A DNA stretch of 64,000 bases from sequence record OQ718158.1, one strand, 5' to 3'. The position numbers and the translations under genes were made by a program. This document shows, one piece after another, positions 12,300 through 22,065 of this stretch (position 1 is the stretch's first letter; every line of letters begins with the position of its first letter). The notes beneath the pieces are model-generated. The model was not told where the DNA came from. It searched no databases and saw only the letters and a list, made by a program, of their open reading frames with translations. The DNA comes from Escherichia phage vB_Ec-M-J.

Positions 12300-13457
12300 T
12301 TATGCGTTATAACCAACAATGACTACAGTACAGCCAAATGGTTCAACAACTTTTAATACAACATTATCATCTGCATCGAGTTCAACTTCACTTAGAACAA
12401 CATGATTGTCTTCAGCATATACTTGAACTTGTGGGAGGATTTTACCATGTTCACTGACAGGAATGGACAGTGTGTACATAGAATCACCATCAACTACCCA
12501 ATCACTATCGGTATACGTGTTGTGATATGGAGTGGTGTGTAAGGTTTTACCAATAATACTCAATGAGATTGGAGCGTCATCAGTTTGGTACACAGTAATA
12601 TTACCGCTAGGATCTACAATGAGGTCTACTCCAATTTGGAATAAATCACCACTGTATGCTTGTAGAGCAAGATACTCACCACGCTCATGCACAGTAGCTG
12701 GTACAGTTGCCATGTACATACCATCGGACGTGTACTCAAACTGAGATAGAAGTACTGAAGTAACGAAGTCAATATCTTCGCCGCTTTCTAGTATATCAAA
12801 TTCAATAGTTTTGGTATTATATATGTCAGAAGTGAGTATGATGGTTCCTTTACCGGATTGAGTAATTGGATCAACTGGAATACTAAAAACATCATCAATT
12901 ATTTCAGTTGTGAAGTACTCGGTTCCGTCAGGAAGTATAACGGTAATACGCATTCCAGTTGTATCAATGGCTGAACCTGCGTTGAATAGGCGACCACCTA
13001 CCAAATCATCACCTACGAACGTTGGGAACATAAGGATGTTGTCTATATCTCTATCTATAATCCCGCATTCAGGGGTGTACATATTATATAGTGTTTGTGA
13101 ACTACCTAGAATTGTTTTGTGCAAAAGAAACTTATAAACAAACCCAGTAGGATCTGATTCAAGTTTAGCATCTGAGTATCCTCTTACGAAAAAAGAGTTC
13201 TTTCTTATTTCACTTAGGATTTGGTCATTAGTTTTGTTGTAGTTTAATTGATATCCTTGTATATCCTTTGTTGTAATTTGTACTTTACGATAAATTACAT
13301 TACTTACAGGATCAAGTAAATCATATAATCTATGGCTTCTCTGACGATAGATTCGAACATTTTTGAGTTTAGTCCCATCGTTGAGAATTGCACCATCGAC
13401 TACATATCCACATTCACCGAACTTATATCGTCCAGCAGCAGCAATCGATCTTGACAT
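12300..13457 (-). CDS. hypothetical protein (lone minus-strand gene in plus-strand block)
   Basis: 385-aa ORF with GGAGGG SD upstream on minus strand. Confidence 0.65.
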   Translation of the reverse strand: MSRSIAAAGRYKFGECGYVVDGAILNDGTKLKNVRIYRQRSHRLYDLLDPVSNVIYRKVQITTKDIQGYQLNYNKTNDQILSEIRKNSFFVRGYSDAKLESDPTGFVYKFLLHKTILGSSQTLYNMYTPECGIIDRDIDNILMFPTFVGDDLVGGRLFNAGSAIDTTGMRITVILPDGTEYFTTEIIDDVFSIPVDPITQSGKGTIILTSDIYNTKTIEFDILESGEDIDFVTSVLLSQFEYTSDGMYMATVPATVHERGEYLALQAYSGDLFQIGVDLIVDPSGNITVYQTDDAPISLSIIGKTLHTTPYHNTYTDSDWVVDGDSMYTLSIPVSEHGKILPQVQVYAEDNHVVLSEVELDADDNVVLKVVEPFGCTVVIVGYNA

Positions 13458-13517
13458 TCATCCCTCCATTGGTATAATTATTATAACGTATTTATTCTAG
13501 ATAGGTAAAAAAGCACC

Positions 13518-13546
13518 TTGACTGAGTTGTGTTTTTGACGTATACT
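13518..13546 (+). promoter_or_regulatory. sigma70-like promoter
   Basis: TTGACT-N17-TATACT. Confidence 0.55.
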
Positions 13547-13573
13547 TAAATGGAATATCAATAAGGGGATTTT

Positions 13574-14158
13574 ATGAGTGTTGTAGAAAAACGTTTAGTA
13601 CTGAAAAATGGTAAAATGACTGTTAAGCTATACAAAGATGAAGCTGATTCTTTTATGGCTAAAGCAATTGAGAAATCCGAACGATATAAAATTCTTGCAC
13701 CTGCAAGTAAATCGCCGTATGGGTTTAATCACGCTCACAGTCATTTTGTTGGTATGGTATGTGAACATGCTTCATTTGTACTTTTTAATGAAATTGAAAA
13801 CTATTCAGGTATTGCACTTAACATCGATCCAGCGTTCCAAAGTGATGGACGTGATGGGGAATGTGATATCAAAGTAAACAACTTAAGAATTGAAGTGAAA
13901 GGTATCAAGTACAAATCGTGGACCGACTTTGGACCATGTGTTAGTACTCGACAGTTAAAAAATATACAGAAAAAAGCTGACGTTATTCTGTGGGTATTGT
14001 ATAATGAGAAAAAGCAAGAATTCACATTTGAGGGATTCAACTATGTAAAAGACATTAGTTCGATTCCAGTTGTGCTAACAGGTGTACCAGGGCGACCAAT
14101 GATTGAAAATCACCCAGTACTGAGTATTATTAAACCACTTCAGGAGTTACCATTATGA
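13574..14158 (+). CDS. hypothetical protein
   Basis: 194-aa ORF after AAGGGG SD. Confidence 0.65.
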   Translation: MSVVEKRLVLKNGKMTVKLYKDEADSFMAKAIEKSERYKILAPASKSPYGFNHAHSHFVGMVCEHASFVLFNEIENYSGIALNIDPAFQSDGRDGECDIKVNNLRIEVKGIKYKSWTDFGPCVSTRQLKNIQKKADVILWVLYNEKKQEFTFEGFNYVKDISSIPVVLTGVPGRPMIENHPVLSIIKPLQELPL

Positions 14159-14382
14159 TTACTGCCACTGTATATCAAGATATTAATGAAGAATTTAATT
14201 CTAAAATTGCATTTTTATCCTTTCCCGTATTGCCAGCTATTGGTGCTACGTTGAATCTTACAATCTGTGGCTTTGAAAAATACTATGAAGTACTAGATAT
14301 TGAGTACTGTGCAGATGTTTATTCATGCAACAGTGAGATTGCTATTCCTGTGCAAATCGACATTATTGTAAAAGAGGTTTGA
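14155..14382 (+). CDS. hypothetical protein
   Basis: ATGA overlap. Confidence 0.55.
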   Translation: MITATVYQDINEEFNSKIAFLSFPVLPAIGATLNLTICGFEKYYEVLDIEYCADVYSCNSEIAIPVQIDIIVKEV

Positions 14383-14843
14383 TTATGTTTAAACACTTTC
14401 TAGTAATCACTGCTGTTGTATTCAGTACTTCCTGCTTTGTTGCACCAGTACATGCGGAAGACCAGCGTCAAACAATCAAGACGATTGGAACAGGGAAAGC
14501 CCAACCAAAACGTACTGCTGAAGAATACATGCCTGAGATGCGTGAACGTTACCGCCAGCAATACCGTGAAAAACATGCTAATGATAAGCCTATCAAAAAG
14601 CATAAATGGAATGTAGTCAAATCGCCATCGTTTTGTGCTGGGTATGCTAAGGTTAAGGATGAACAGCACAACAAACAGTACTATAAAGATATGTACACAT
14701 TCTATGATTCGAGGATCTCGGATGATGACATGATGGCTGCTAAGGTTGATAAAGAAGAATTTCTTCAGGGTTATGACATGACCGATGATGACAAGATCAT
14801 GGAATGTGTTGAAGTATATGAAAAATACAGAGGTTTTGAATGA
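14379..14843 (+). CDS. hypothetical secreted protein
   Basis: ATGA overlap; signal-peptide-like N-terminus ending VHAEDQ. Confidence 0.6.
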   Translation: MIMFKHFLVITAVVFSTSCFVAPVHAEDQRQTIKTIGTGKAQPKRTAEEYMPEMRERYRQQYREKHANDKPIKKHKWNVVKSPSFCAGYAKVKDEQHNKQYYKDMYTFYDSRISDDDMMAAKVDKEEFLQGYDMTDDDKIMECVEVYEKYRGFE

Positions 14844-15283
14844 CACTTTTGCTGATTCTAGGTTTATTAGTGTCATATTTCATTTTTCTTAACATCTTCT
14901 CTGATGCATCACATTTTGCATATGCTTCAGCTATTGCAAAACACGAAGGGATAAAGAAGTATATTCCTGCATTGTTATTCTCATATATGTACCATCCAAG
15001 GTACTTTACACTAGGTGTGTTTGACAAGTATGTATACGACGAAAAAGCACTCAATGAAATTGAATACTTTGTAAGAACTCATGCTAATAACAATCCAAAA
15101 TCATTAATTAACTTTACTGATAATCGCAAACGTGTTAGTATTAGAAGTGACTTGTATCCTACCAGTCACTTTCATCTAGGCGATTGTAGTGTGTACAGGG
15201 TTAGATACGAAAACTTACTGTTACCACCATCACATATAAGATACATAGAAAAATACTTGTTGAAATGTGTTGACTCCAAATAG
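14840..15283 (+). CDS. hypothetical membrane-associated protein
   Basis: ATGA overlap; N-terminal hydrophobic helix. Confidence 0.55.
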   Translation: MTLLLILGLLVSYFIFLNIFSDASHFAYASAIAKHEGIKKYIPALLFSYMYHPRYFTLGVFDKYVYDEKALNEIEYFVRTHANNNPKSLINFTDNRKRVSIRSDLYPTSHFHLGDCSVYRVRYENLLLPPSHIRYIEKYLLKCVDSK

Positions 15284-15336
15284 TAAATGGCAGTATAATA
15301 GCTTCGTACCGCAATAACTGACAAGAGGATTTAACG

Positions 15337-15795
15337 ATGGACGTATTAGCTACTCAATTCAAACGCAACGCAGAAGAACGTGAAGGTTACCTAAGTATCA
15401 GTGAAGTGGTTGAAGATGGATTCAAGCAGTACATTTTCAACAGTGCAATTAAACTGAAGCCAACAAAAGATTCACCGGACCGCAGCTTCACCAAGTGGAT
15501 TGCATTCTGGGAAGAGTCACCAATTGCAATCGAAATGACTGTCATCACTACAGTACTGGAAACTGGTTACATCAAAGCAATTGTAGTTGATAAGAAAGTT
15601 CGTACTCTTGATGAAATCGGGACATACCCAGCACGTAACTCTAAAGTATTTGGGTGTTTAGTTGATGGTAAGTTTATGATTGAAAAAGATGCTAAGAACT
15701 ATGTAATTGATAAACTACAAACCAGTGCTACTAAACAGGAAGTCGTAGACCAGAACGCAGTGGATGCTATTAAAAAGGCATGGGGTCTGAAATAA
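15337..15795 (+). CDS. hypothetical protein
   Basis: AGAGGA SD. Confidence 0.6.
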   Translation: MDVLATQFKRNAEEREGYLSISEVVEDGFKQYIFNSAIKLKPTKDSPDRSFTKWIAFWEESPIAIEMTVITTVLETGYIKAIVVDKKVRTLDEIGTYPARNSKVFGCLVDGKFMIEKDAKNYVIDKLQTSATKQEVVDQNAVDAIKKAWGLK

Positions 15796-16217
15796 TGTTC
15801 ACACTTAGCAATGCAAAGTATCTATTTCTTATTGCTATTATTGGTTGGGTGATGGCTCCAGTGCTTAATGCACTGGGGTTTCCAGACGGACATAAACTTG
15901 TAAATGTTTCAGGTGTAATCCAGGGCATTTCATGGTATTCATTGATTATATTTTCTATATGTATTCATACATTTGCACGTGATCACCGCCGTCTGCTTTT
16001 TGTTAAAGTATTCGGTACTAAGAGATATAGTTTTGTGTTTACATTTATTTTAATACCATGTATTATCTATGCTTTTGTATTTGATTACTATACTTATCTG
16101 TGGGTGTGTGGTTCTATGTTTGTTATGTTGGAATATACAAGAACTGTTCAAAACTCATATGCTGATGAGTATTATGATCTTGAAGTTAAACGAAAATTAA
16201 CGGAGCTAAACAAATGA
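15795..16217 (+). CDS. hypothetical membrane protein
   Basis: TAATG coupling; multiple hydrophobic segments. Confidence 0.55.
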   Translation: MFTLSNAKYLFLIAIIGWVMAPVLNALGFPDGHKLVNVSGVIQGISWYSLIIFSICIHTFARDHRRLLFVKVFGTKRYSFVFTFILIPCIIYAFVFDYYTYLWVCGSMFVMLEYTRTVQNSYADEYYDLEVKRKLTELNK

Positions 16218-16639
16218 GGGGATACAATAAGATTTGTATTTTTGTATTTTTAGTTTGTGCAATCAATACATTTGGATATTACTGTACTGAAAACAACATT
16301 TCATATGGTTTAAATCCTTTGTGGTTTACAATTGCCAATGTAGCACAAATTGGTATTGCTGTTATGTCTGCACTTATGTTCTGTCCAATTGTCACTATGG
16401 ATACTGATCATGAAAGGCTTGGATTTATCCGTGATACTGGAGACGAACCTTACAGTAGATTGATTGTGTTGTATCCATTTATTGTTATTTTAGGTACTAA
16501 CATCCAACTTGGGTCTTTATCTAATAGTGTTACTTCAGCAGCCATTACAGTCTTTGCATTCACATTTTTTATGGTACACAAATCAGTACTCAAATGGCAC
16601 ATCACCAAAATGGCAGAGAAAGGTACGGAAAACAGTTGA
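16214..16639 (+). CDS. hypothetical membrane protein
   Basis: ATGA overlap; multiple hydrophobic segments. Confidence 0.55.
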   Translation: MRGYNKICIFVFLVCAINTFGYYCTENNISYGLNPLWFTIANVAQIGIAVMSALMFCPIVTMDTDHERLGFIRDTGDEPYSRLIVLYPFIVILGTNIQLGSLSNSVTSAAITVFAFTFFMVHKSVLKWHITKMAEKGTENS

Positions 16640-16664
16640 CGTGAGTTATTGAGAGATATATAAT
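16636..16664 (+). promoter_or_regulatory. sigma70-like promoter
   Basis: TTGACG-N17-TATAAT. Confidence 0.55.
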
Positions 16665-16698
16665 TATTACATCAAAACTGGGAAATGGTAAGGAACTT

Positions 16699-16950
16699 AT
16701 GAACATCGATAAGGTCAAAGAACTTAGTGAAGCACTAATTAAGAACGAAGAAGCTTGTGAAGAACTTCGCAGTACTATCAAAGTTGAGTACGCACGTCTT
16801 CAAGCTATGCTTCAGGAATCCGAATGGGTTGTAACTAAATCTATCGAAGCAATCTATAAGGATATCGAATCCCTTTTCAACAAGAAAAGTAAGATTGAAT
16901 CTGATTCATATAACAAACGTAAAGAGTTATCTACTGCACTTGGTATCTAA
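16699..16950 (+). CDS. hypothetical protein
   Basis: AAGGAA SD. Confidence 0.55.
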   Translation: MNIDKVKELSEALIKNEEACEELRSTIKVEYARLQAMLQESEWVVTKSIEAIYKDIESLFNKKSKIESDSYNKRKELSTALGI

Positions 16951-16956
16951 AAGTAT

Positions 16957-16985
16957 TTGACTTAACCAATAACATGGAGTACAAT
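16957..16985 (+). promoter_or_regulatory. sigma70-like promoter
   Basis: TTGACT-N17-TACAAT. Confidence 0.5.
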
Positions 16986-17024
16986 GTGCTCCTAATTTAA
17001 TTATCAGCTAAAAAGGAAAACATT

Positions 17025-17285
17025 ATGAAATCTATTCTCGTTGCAGTTAACCTGGTTGCTTCCCCATCTTTTAACTTCAAACAAGTTGTTGCTGATAATC
17101 TGAAGAAGATCTGTCCAAACGCTGAATTGACTTTCTGTGTGTTTGATTCAGAAAAAGTAACTAAAGTTGATCTAAACTATCTTTTGAACGAAGTACAAAG
17201 TATTTCTGGTGAAAGTAGTTTGGAAGTACTGAATACGGTTGCTGATGACTATGATGATACACTGGTAATTTCGGAGAAATTCTAA
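17025..17285 (+). CDS. hypothetical protein
   Basis: AAGGAAA SD. Confidence 0.55.
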   Translation: MKSILVAVNLVASPSFNFKQVVADNLKKICPNAELTFCVFDSEKVTKVDLNYLLNEVQSISGESSLEVLNTVADDYDDTLVISEKF

Positions 17286-17290
17286 ATCCA

Positions 17291-17710
17291 ATGCTTAGAT
17301 TTATACATTACTTAATCAGTAAGTTCTTTGGTTATTATACTATTGAAGGTAAAGCTACGCTTGCACATAAAATCTTTGTAGCATTATGTGTGGGTGATTA
17401 TGACGTATTGAATAAGCACTGTAAATCTAAAGCATGTATTGACATAATGGCACTTCGTATCTATGAGTGTCAGTTCAATAGATATAATTTTTACCAGTAC
17501 AGATATGATAAAGATGATTTTGATAGCATTAAAATGCTAAAGAATTTATGTAATAATAAAAAGAATATGCATATATCTGAATTTGTTGCATTGTATTTTT
17601 ATTTAAAAAGTTCATTATACATGAATACACTACAACGCTTCGATACTAGAATTAATGTATTCAACGATAAAGAATTTTATATCTATGATAAATTTTTAGA
17701 TAAGGTTTAA
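17291..17710 (+). CDS. hypothetical protein
   Basis: 139-aa ORF. Confidence 0.5.
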   Translation: MLRFIHYLISKFFGYYTIEGKATLAHKIFVALCVGDYDVLNKHCKSKACIDIMALRIYECQFNRYNFYQYRYDKDDFDSIKMLKNLCNNKKNMHISEFVALYFYLKSSLYMNTLQRFDTRINVFNDKEFYIYDKFLDKV

Positions 17711-17711
17711 T

Positions 17712-18209
17712 ATGACAACTGTTTATATTGATAAACGCTTGGGAGTATTACTTACTGATTCAAAAGTGACATCAACTGAGCAACGTTCATTTTTGAACCT
17801 ATTCCCGTTGAAGCCAAAACTTAGTTATGGTGTAGTTTCACAAAAAACATTGTATGTACACGACCGACTGTTTAGTGCTTGCGGTGAGGTTAGTGAAATT
17901 AACAAAGTACTGAGATACTTGATTTCACAAGAGACTGTGATACCAGACCGCAAGGCGAGTTGTCACTGTGTTCTTGTGTCAAAAGATTACATCATTCACT
18001 TAATCGTTAATAAGGGTAAGTTTACCAAGAAGATTGATTATCTCCATAATGATTATACATTCTTTATGGGTAGTGGTGGTGAATACATGCTTGATGCAGC
18101 AGTACATGAAGAGTATAATACTCTTCTTGATAAGGTATTTGATACCTTCATGGATGTTCATAACCATGATATCTATACCGATGATAATATTAATGTATAC
18201 CGTTTTTGA
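17712..18209 (+). CDS. hypothetical protein
   Basis: 165-aa ORF. Confidence 0.55.
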   Translation: MTTVYIDKRLGVLLTDSKVTSTEQRSFLNLFPLKPKLSYGVVSQKTLYVHDRLFSACGEVSEINKVLRYLISQETVIPDRKASCHCVLVSKDYIIHLIVNKGKFTKKIDYLHNDYTFFMGSGGEYMLDAAVHEEYNTLLDKVFDTFMDVHNHDIYTDDNINVYRF

Positions 18210-18231
18210 TTTCATTCATTAGGAGAAGTAA

Positions 18232-19200
18232 GTGAAAAAGCTTGATTTAAATGCAATTTCTGAAGAAGTACTGGATGAGTGTTTTGCTAGTGAAGAAGTC
18301 AACGTATTAGAGGCTCTTGATTCCGTAGAAGAAGAAGAAGAACATGACGGTCACAAGTTTGAGAAACCAAAAACAGGTATCAGCTTAACTCGCCCTAAAG
18401 GGATAACGAATGAAATGCTCATCCAAGCAGTGCGTGATGGCATAGACGTTAAAAAGAACATTGACCTTTTGGTTCGCTACAACTATCCAATGGTAGTAAG
18501 TGTTGCACGTAAGTGTACATGTTTTATCCCATTTGAAGATAAGATTTCTTATGGTGTTGAAGGTTTAATGCGAGCAATTCATACGTTCGACACTACCAAA
18601 AATGTTAAGTTCATTACATATGCAACAACAACTGTGTACATGACAATCTATAACGAAAGTGCAGATGCTAATTATCTAGTGCATTTCCCACGTTATATGA
18701 GTGTTAATAACATTTATGTGAAACGTTGTGTTGAAGAGTATCAAAGGAAACATGGTAAATACCCAACTCCTGAGATGGTGTCAAAAGAGACTGGTATTGA
18801 GATTCAACACGTTAAGAATTGTCTAACTTACAATAACACTTATGTAGCATTGAATATGAAAATGAGTAATGATTCAGAAAGTACATTATCTGACATTGTT
18901 ACTTCAGTTGAACCTGATTACAACTTAGGTGTAGAAACTGTCAGTACCCCACTGGTACAAAGTATTGCAGAAATGATGAGTAACCTATCTACCAAAGACC
19001 GTGAATTGATTGAACGTGTACATGGTATTGGTTCTTATTCTGAACCAGAAACGCTACGAGAAATCATTGAGAGTGGTTTTGAAGATGAGAAGGGTAAGGT
19101 CATGACTGCTCGTTCTTCATTGCACCGTAAGTACTCTGAAGCAATGGAACGACTGCGTAAGATGGTTAAGACAAAAGGTTATGAGTTCGAAGATTTTTAA
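18232..19200 (+). CDS. RNA polymerase sigma factor, sigma-70 family (phage-encoded)
   Basis: GTG start after AGGAGAAG; region-2-like GVEGLMRAIHTFD...KFITYATTTVYMTI and region-4-like LSTKDRELIERVHGIGSYSEPETLREI; acidic N-terminus. Confidence 0.6.
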   Translation: MKKLDLNAISEEVLDECFASEEVNVLEALDSVEEEEEHDGHKFEKPKTGISLTRPKGITNEMLIQAVRDGIDVKKNIDLLVRYNYPMVVSVARKCTCFIPFEDKISYGVEGLMRAIHTFDTTKNVKFITYATTTVYMTIYNESADANYLVHFPRYMSVNNIYVKRCVEEYQRKHGKYPTPEMVSKETGIEIQHVKNCLTYNNTYVALNMKMSNDSESTLSDIVTSVEPDYNLGVETVSTPLVQSIAEMMSNLSTKDRELIERVHGIGSYSEPETLREIIESGFEDEKGKVMTARSSLHRKYSEAMERLRKMVKTKGYEFEDF

Positions 19201-19207
19201 GATTAAA

Positions 19208-19236
19208 GGGTTGACTTCGGTCAGCCCTTTTTTTAT
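19208..19236 (+). terminator. intrinsic terminator (PeSL-like hairpin lacking the -10)
   Basis: gggttgacttcggtcagccc UUCG-loop hairpin followed by T7. Confidence 0.65.
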
Positions 19237-19239
19237 GGG

Positions 19240-19760
19240 ACAAATTTATTAATGGTGATACAATGATCTATGTACAATCACAATGACAGTACTGGTACTG
19301 ACAATCTTCCCCTACTTCACTTGAAAATGTAAAGGATAGATGAGCTTTTCATTGTAGCGAACAGCAAAAGAAACCCGTTAGATGTGGGCATAGTTTGAAC
19401 CCCTCACGGCAATGCGGCTGTATAAAGAACCACGTTAGGATAGCTGGTGGTTCCTCGATAGACATATAAGGATAACACCTTACGAATTATCTAAGGGAGA
19501 GTTATCGAATTTTGTACAGGAAAGTTGCGTCCAAAATTTGAGTACTCACATTAAGTATTTGATTGCATAGATACTTAATGAAGATACACTATGTTTAAAA
19601 GTGTAGACCGTCATATGAAACTGAAGTAGAGAGAAACAGGATGACCCGCTTTCGCACTCGTTATGAGTAATCTTCAATGCAATAGCTCTGATACCATTAG
19701 CGTCAAATTTCCCTCCGTGCGGGGGGGAAGAAAAATCCCTTCCTCAAATCCCGTCAATAT
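19240..19760 (+). ncRNA. ORF-free structured region, candidate non-coding RNA
   Basis: About 520 nt with no ORF of 60 aa or more on either strand, locally GC-richer, between terminator and next promoter. Confidence 0.3.
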
Positions 19761-19769
19761 TAAAAGTCC

Positions 19770-19798
19770 TTGACAGTTATGATTCATTCGCGTAGAAT
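19770..19798 (+). promoter_or_regulatory. sigma70-like promoter
   Basis: TTGACA-N17-TAGAAT. Confidence 0.55.
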
Positions 19799-19862
19799 AC
19801 GTAGTATTAGAAGCGAACAGACATCTCGAAGAGATGGATGATTAACCACTAAGGAATATCTA

Positions 19863-20072
19863 ATGAATTCAGTAATCTTTTTAATTATTGCTCTTTCACC
19901 ACAATCTGGTGTACAAATCACCCCAATGAATTCAATGAATCAATGCATTGCAGTACGTGACAGTACGTATGAACAAGTAAACAGCGTTTCACTTAGAACA
20001 GTTGGTGAAGAATTAATGTGGTGTTACAATAGTAATACTAAAGAAAAACTAATTGTTGGACAAACAGAATGA
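19863..20072 (+). CDS. hypothetical secreted protein
   Basis: AAGGAA SD; hydrophobic N-terminus. Confidence 0.55.
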   Translation: MNSVIFLIIALSPQSGVQITPMNSMNQCIAVRDSTYEQVNSVSLRTVGEELMWCYNSNTKEKLIVGQTE

Positions 20073-20296
20073 GTTATGGTGTTCGTTTTGAGATTCGTTC
20101 TATTGTTATCAATGACGAGAAACAAGCATCGTTGGATGACGATATACGAGAACTATATCTATCATGTATCCGTGCAAAATCTGAAGCAGATGCATTATCA
20201 CAAATGATTGGTTTTAATTTCTTTCATGGATACTATTTGGTACGAGTTATCGAAGTTAAAAAAGTCACTTTTGAGTGTCTTGCTGGAGAAATATAA
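20069..20296 (+). CDS. hypothetical protein
   Basis: ATGA overlap. Confidence 0.55.
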   Translation: MSYGVRFEIRSIVINDEKQASLDDDIRELYLSCIRAKSEADALSQMIGFNFFHGYYLVRVIEVKKVTFECLAGEI

Positions 20297-20297
20297 A

Positions 20298-21092
20298 ATG
20301 AGCACTATAGATGAATTGATTCGCCGGAATTCAAAATACTACGAACCATCAGAAATTGTCGGCAACATTACTAAATCTGAGTTCGGACCAAATACTCGAA
20401 AACTCATTCATGTAATGTCACGTGATGGCTTTAAATGTGATTGTTGTGGTGAATCCAATGTGGTATTCACTTTACATAAGCACAGTACTAAAGACCGTTA
20501 TAAATTCAGACCTTATGTACTTAAAGGGAAACGCCTTGTACGCATGACGTTAGACCATAATGTACTAGACTGTCTTCAGGGCGGTAATGATAAAGAGAAC
20601 ATGACTGCATTGTGTGAGGATTGTAACGCATTACGCCAGCATAAGTTTGCTGAGTACAGTGAGTTTAAGTACTGGTATCATAACGCAGATCGTTCCATCG
20701 AGCCTGACGTTAACTACTGCTTCATTGAGTACATTAAGAATGCAAAAGATACATACATTCTAAAATCAATGTCACCTATTACAGTGTTCCCTGAGAATCT
20801 ATTCAGTACTATGCAGCGTGATTTTAAACGTGGTATCATTAATGCATTCAAACACTTAGACAAAGGTATCAAGCACTTTGAGGTGCAATGCTTAAATGAA
20901 GGAATGAATCGTTTAGTACAAATTTACATGAAATCATTTATAGGTGTTGACACCGCACGTCTACCAGTATATAATTACTTTATTGAAAGCGAAGAAGGTG
21001 AATCACTTCGTGATTATGGTGAAAGATTTAATAATAAAGTTTTCACTGCAATCGCAAACGAGATTCATTACTATAAACCATATGTAATTTAA
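20298..21092 (+). CDS. HNH-family endonuclease-like protein
   Basis: ATG at 20298; KCDCCGE...LDHNVLDC...ALCEDCNALRQHK Cys/His/Asn motif. Confidence 0.5.
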   Translation: MSTIDELIRRNSKYYEPSEIVGNITKSEFGPNTRKLIHVMSRDGFKCDCCGESNVVFTLHKHSTKDRYKFRPYVLKGKRLVRMTLDHNVLDCLQGGNDKENMTALCEDCNALRQHKFAEYSEFKYWYHNADRSIEPDVNYCFIEYIKNAKDTYILKSMSPITVFPENLFSTMQRDFKRGIINAFKHLDKGIKHFEVQCLNEGMNRLVQIYMKSFIGVDTARLPVYNYFIESEEGESLRDYGERFNNKVFTAIANEIHYYKPYVI

Positions 21093-21106
21093 TTAGAGGA
21101 TATATC

Positions 21107-21289
21107 ATGCAAATCATCATTCTTATCGTAGGTATCATTCTTGGTGTATATGGTCACTCCTGGATGAACGAGAAGTTCCCTAATACCCGTCCTGAGTATT
21201 GCAGTACTAATGTATTCCAGAATAGTGATAAACCAAAGGATAGTATTGGTAAGAAACTGGACAAAGTACTTGACGTAATCAACGAATAA
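21107..21289 (+). CDS. hypothetical small membrane protein
   Basis: GAGGA SD; N-terminal TM helix. Confidence 0.5.
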   Translation: MQIIILIVGIILGVYGHSWMNEKFPNTRPEYCSTNVFQNSDKPKDSIGKKLDKVLDVINE

Positions 21290-21298
21290 GGGTAAAGT

Positions 21299-21499
21299 AT
21301 GTTTAAATCAAATACAAATGTTGGTAAGAAGGTTCAATTACTTGAGGATGTATCCACTATGAGTGGAACCTTCACTAAAGGTCACATCATGACTATTATT
21401 GCCGAAACATCCCGTGGGTGGGATTTGGAAGATGCTGATGGTAATCGCATCCTTGAGGCTGGATTCTATGGTCATCGTGAATATAAAATCATTGATTAA
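21299..21499 (+). CDS. hypothetical protein
   Basis: 66-aa ORF. Confidence 0.5.
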   Translation: MFKSNTNVGKKVQLLEDVSTMSGTFTKGHIMTIIAETSRGWDLEDADGNRILEAGFYGHREYKIID

Positions 21500-21595
21500 G
21501 GATGCAACATGACTTTAGAGATTGTCTTTGGTATTGTTAGCTTAGTCGTCTGTGTGGGTTGGTTTGGGTATCTGATGATTTTTGGTGATTAATAC

Positions 21596-21623
21596 TTGAC
21601 ATAAGATATCAGTACTGTATAAT
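21596..21623 (+). promoter_or_regulatory. sigma70-like promoter with cagtactg spacer
   Basis: TTGACA-N16-TATAAT followed by gtttatatcaaa. Confidence 0.6.
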
Positions 21624-21668
21624 GTTTATATCAAACGACACCCACTTTAACAAATAATAGGAAATATT

Positions 21669-21947
21669 ATGTCTTTTACCAAAGAAGAACGTGACCTTAT
21701 TAAAAAAGCAATCTGGTTTTATGCTAATGAAGGGGAGTGCGATGAAGAAAAAGCACGTGAACTGTGTAATATCCTTGAGCAGAAACAAGAACTGAAAGTT
21801 TATCGTATCCGTGTTTTGGATGACGGGGATCGTATTGTCCTAGCTGAAACAAAAGAAGAAGCAGAACAAATCTTCACTGATAAAAACGAAAATCCACATT
21901 GGATGGAAGAAGTCTGTGAAGTAAAAAAAGGTACTTATATCGATTGA
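21669..21947 (+). CDS. hypothetical acidic protein
   Basis: 92-aa ORF downstream of promoter. Confidence 0.6.
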   Translation: MSFTKEERDLIKKAIWFYANEGECDEEKARELCNILEQKQELKVYRIRVLDDGDRIVLAETKEEAEQIFTDKNENPHWMEEVCEVKKGTYID

Positions 21948-21972
21948 CTGTACTGAATAATAGCAGTATAAT
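21945..21972 (+). promoter_or_regulatory. sigma70-like promoter
   Basis: TTGACT-N16-TATAAT followed by gtttatatcaaa. Confidence 0.55.
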
Positions 21973-22065
21973 GTTTATATCAAAGGGAATGCAGTGAAAG
22001 GAAAGACAGCATAATCGTACTCGTCACTGCGTTTCCACCCTTTTAAATTAAATGAGGAATTAACT

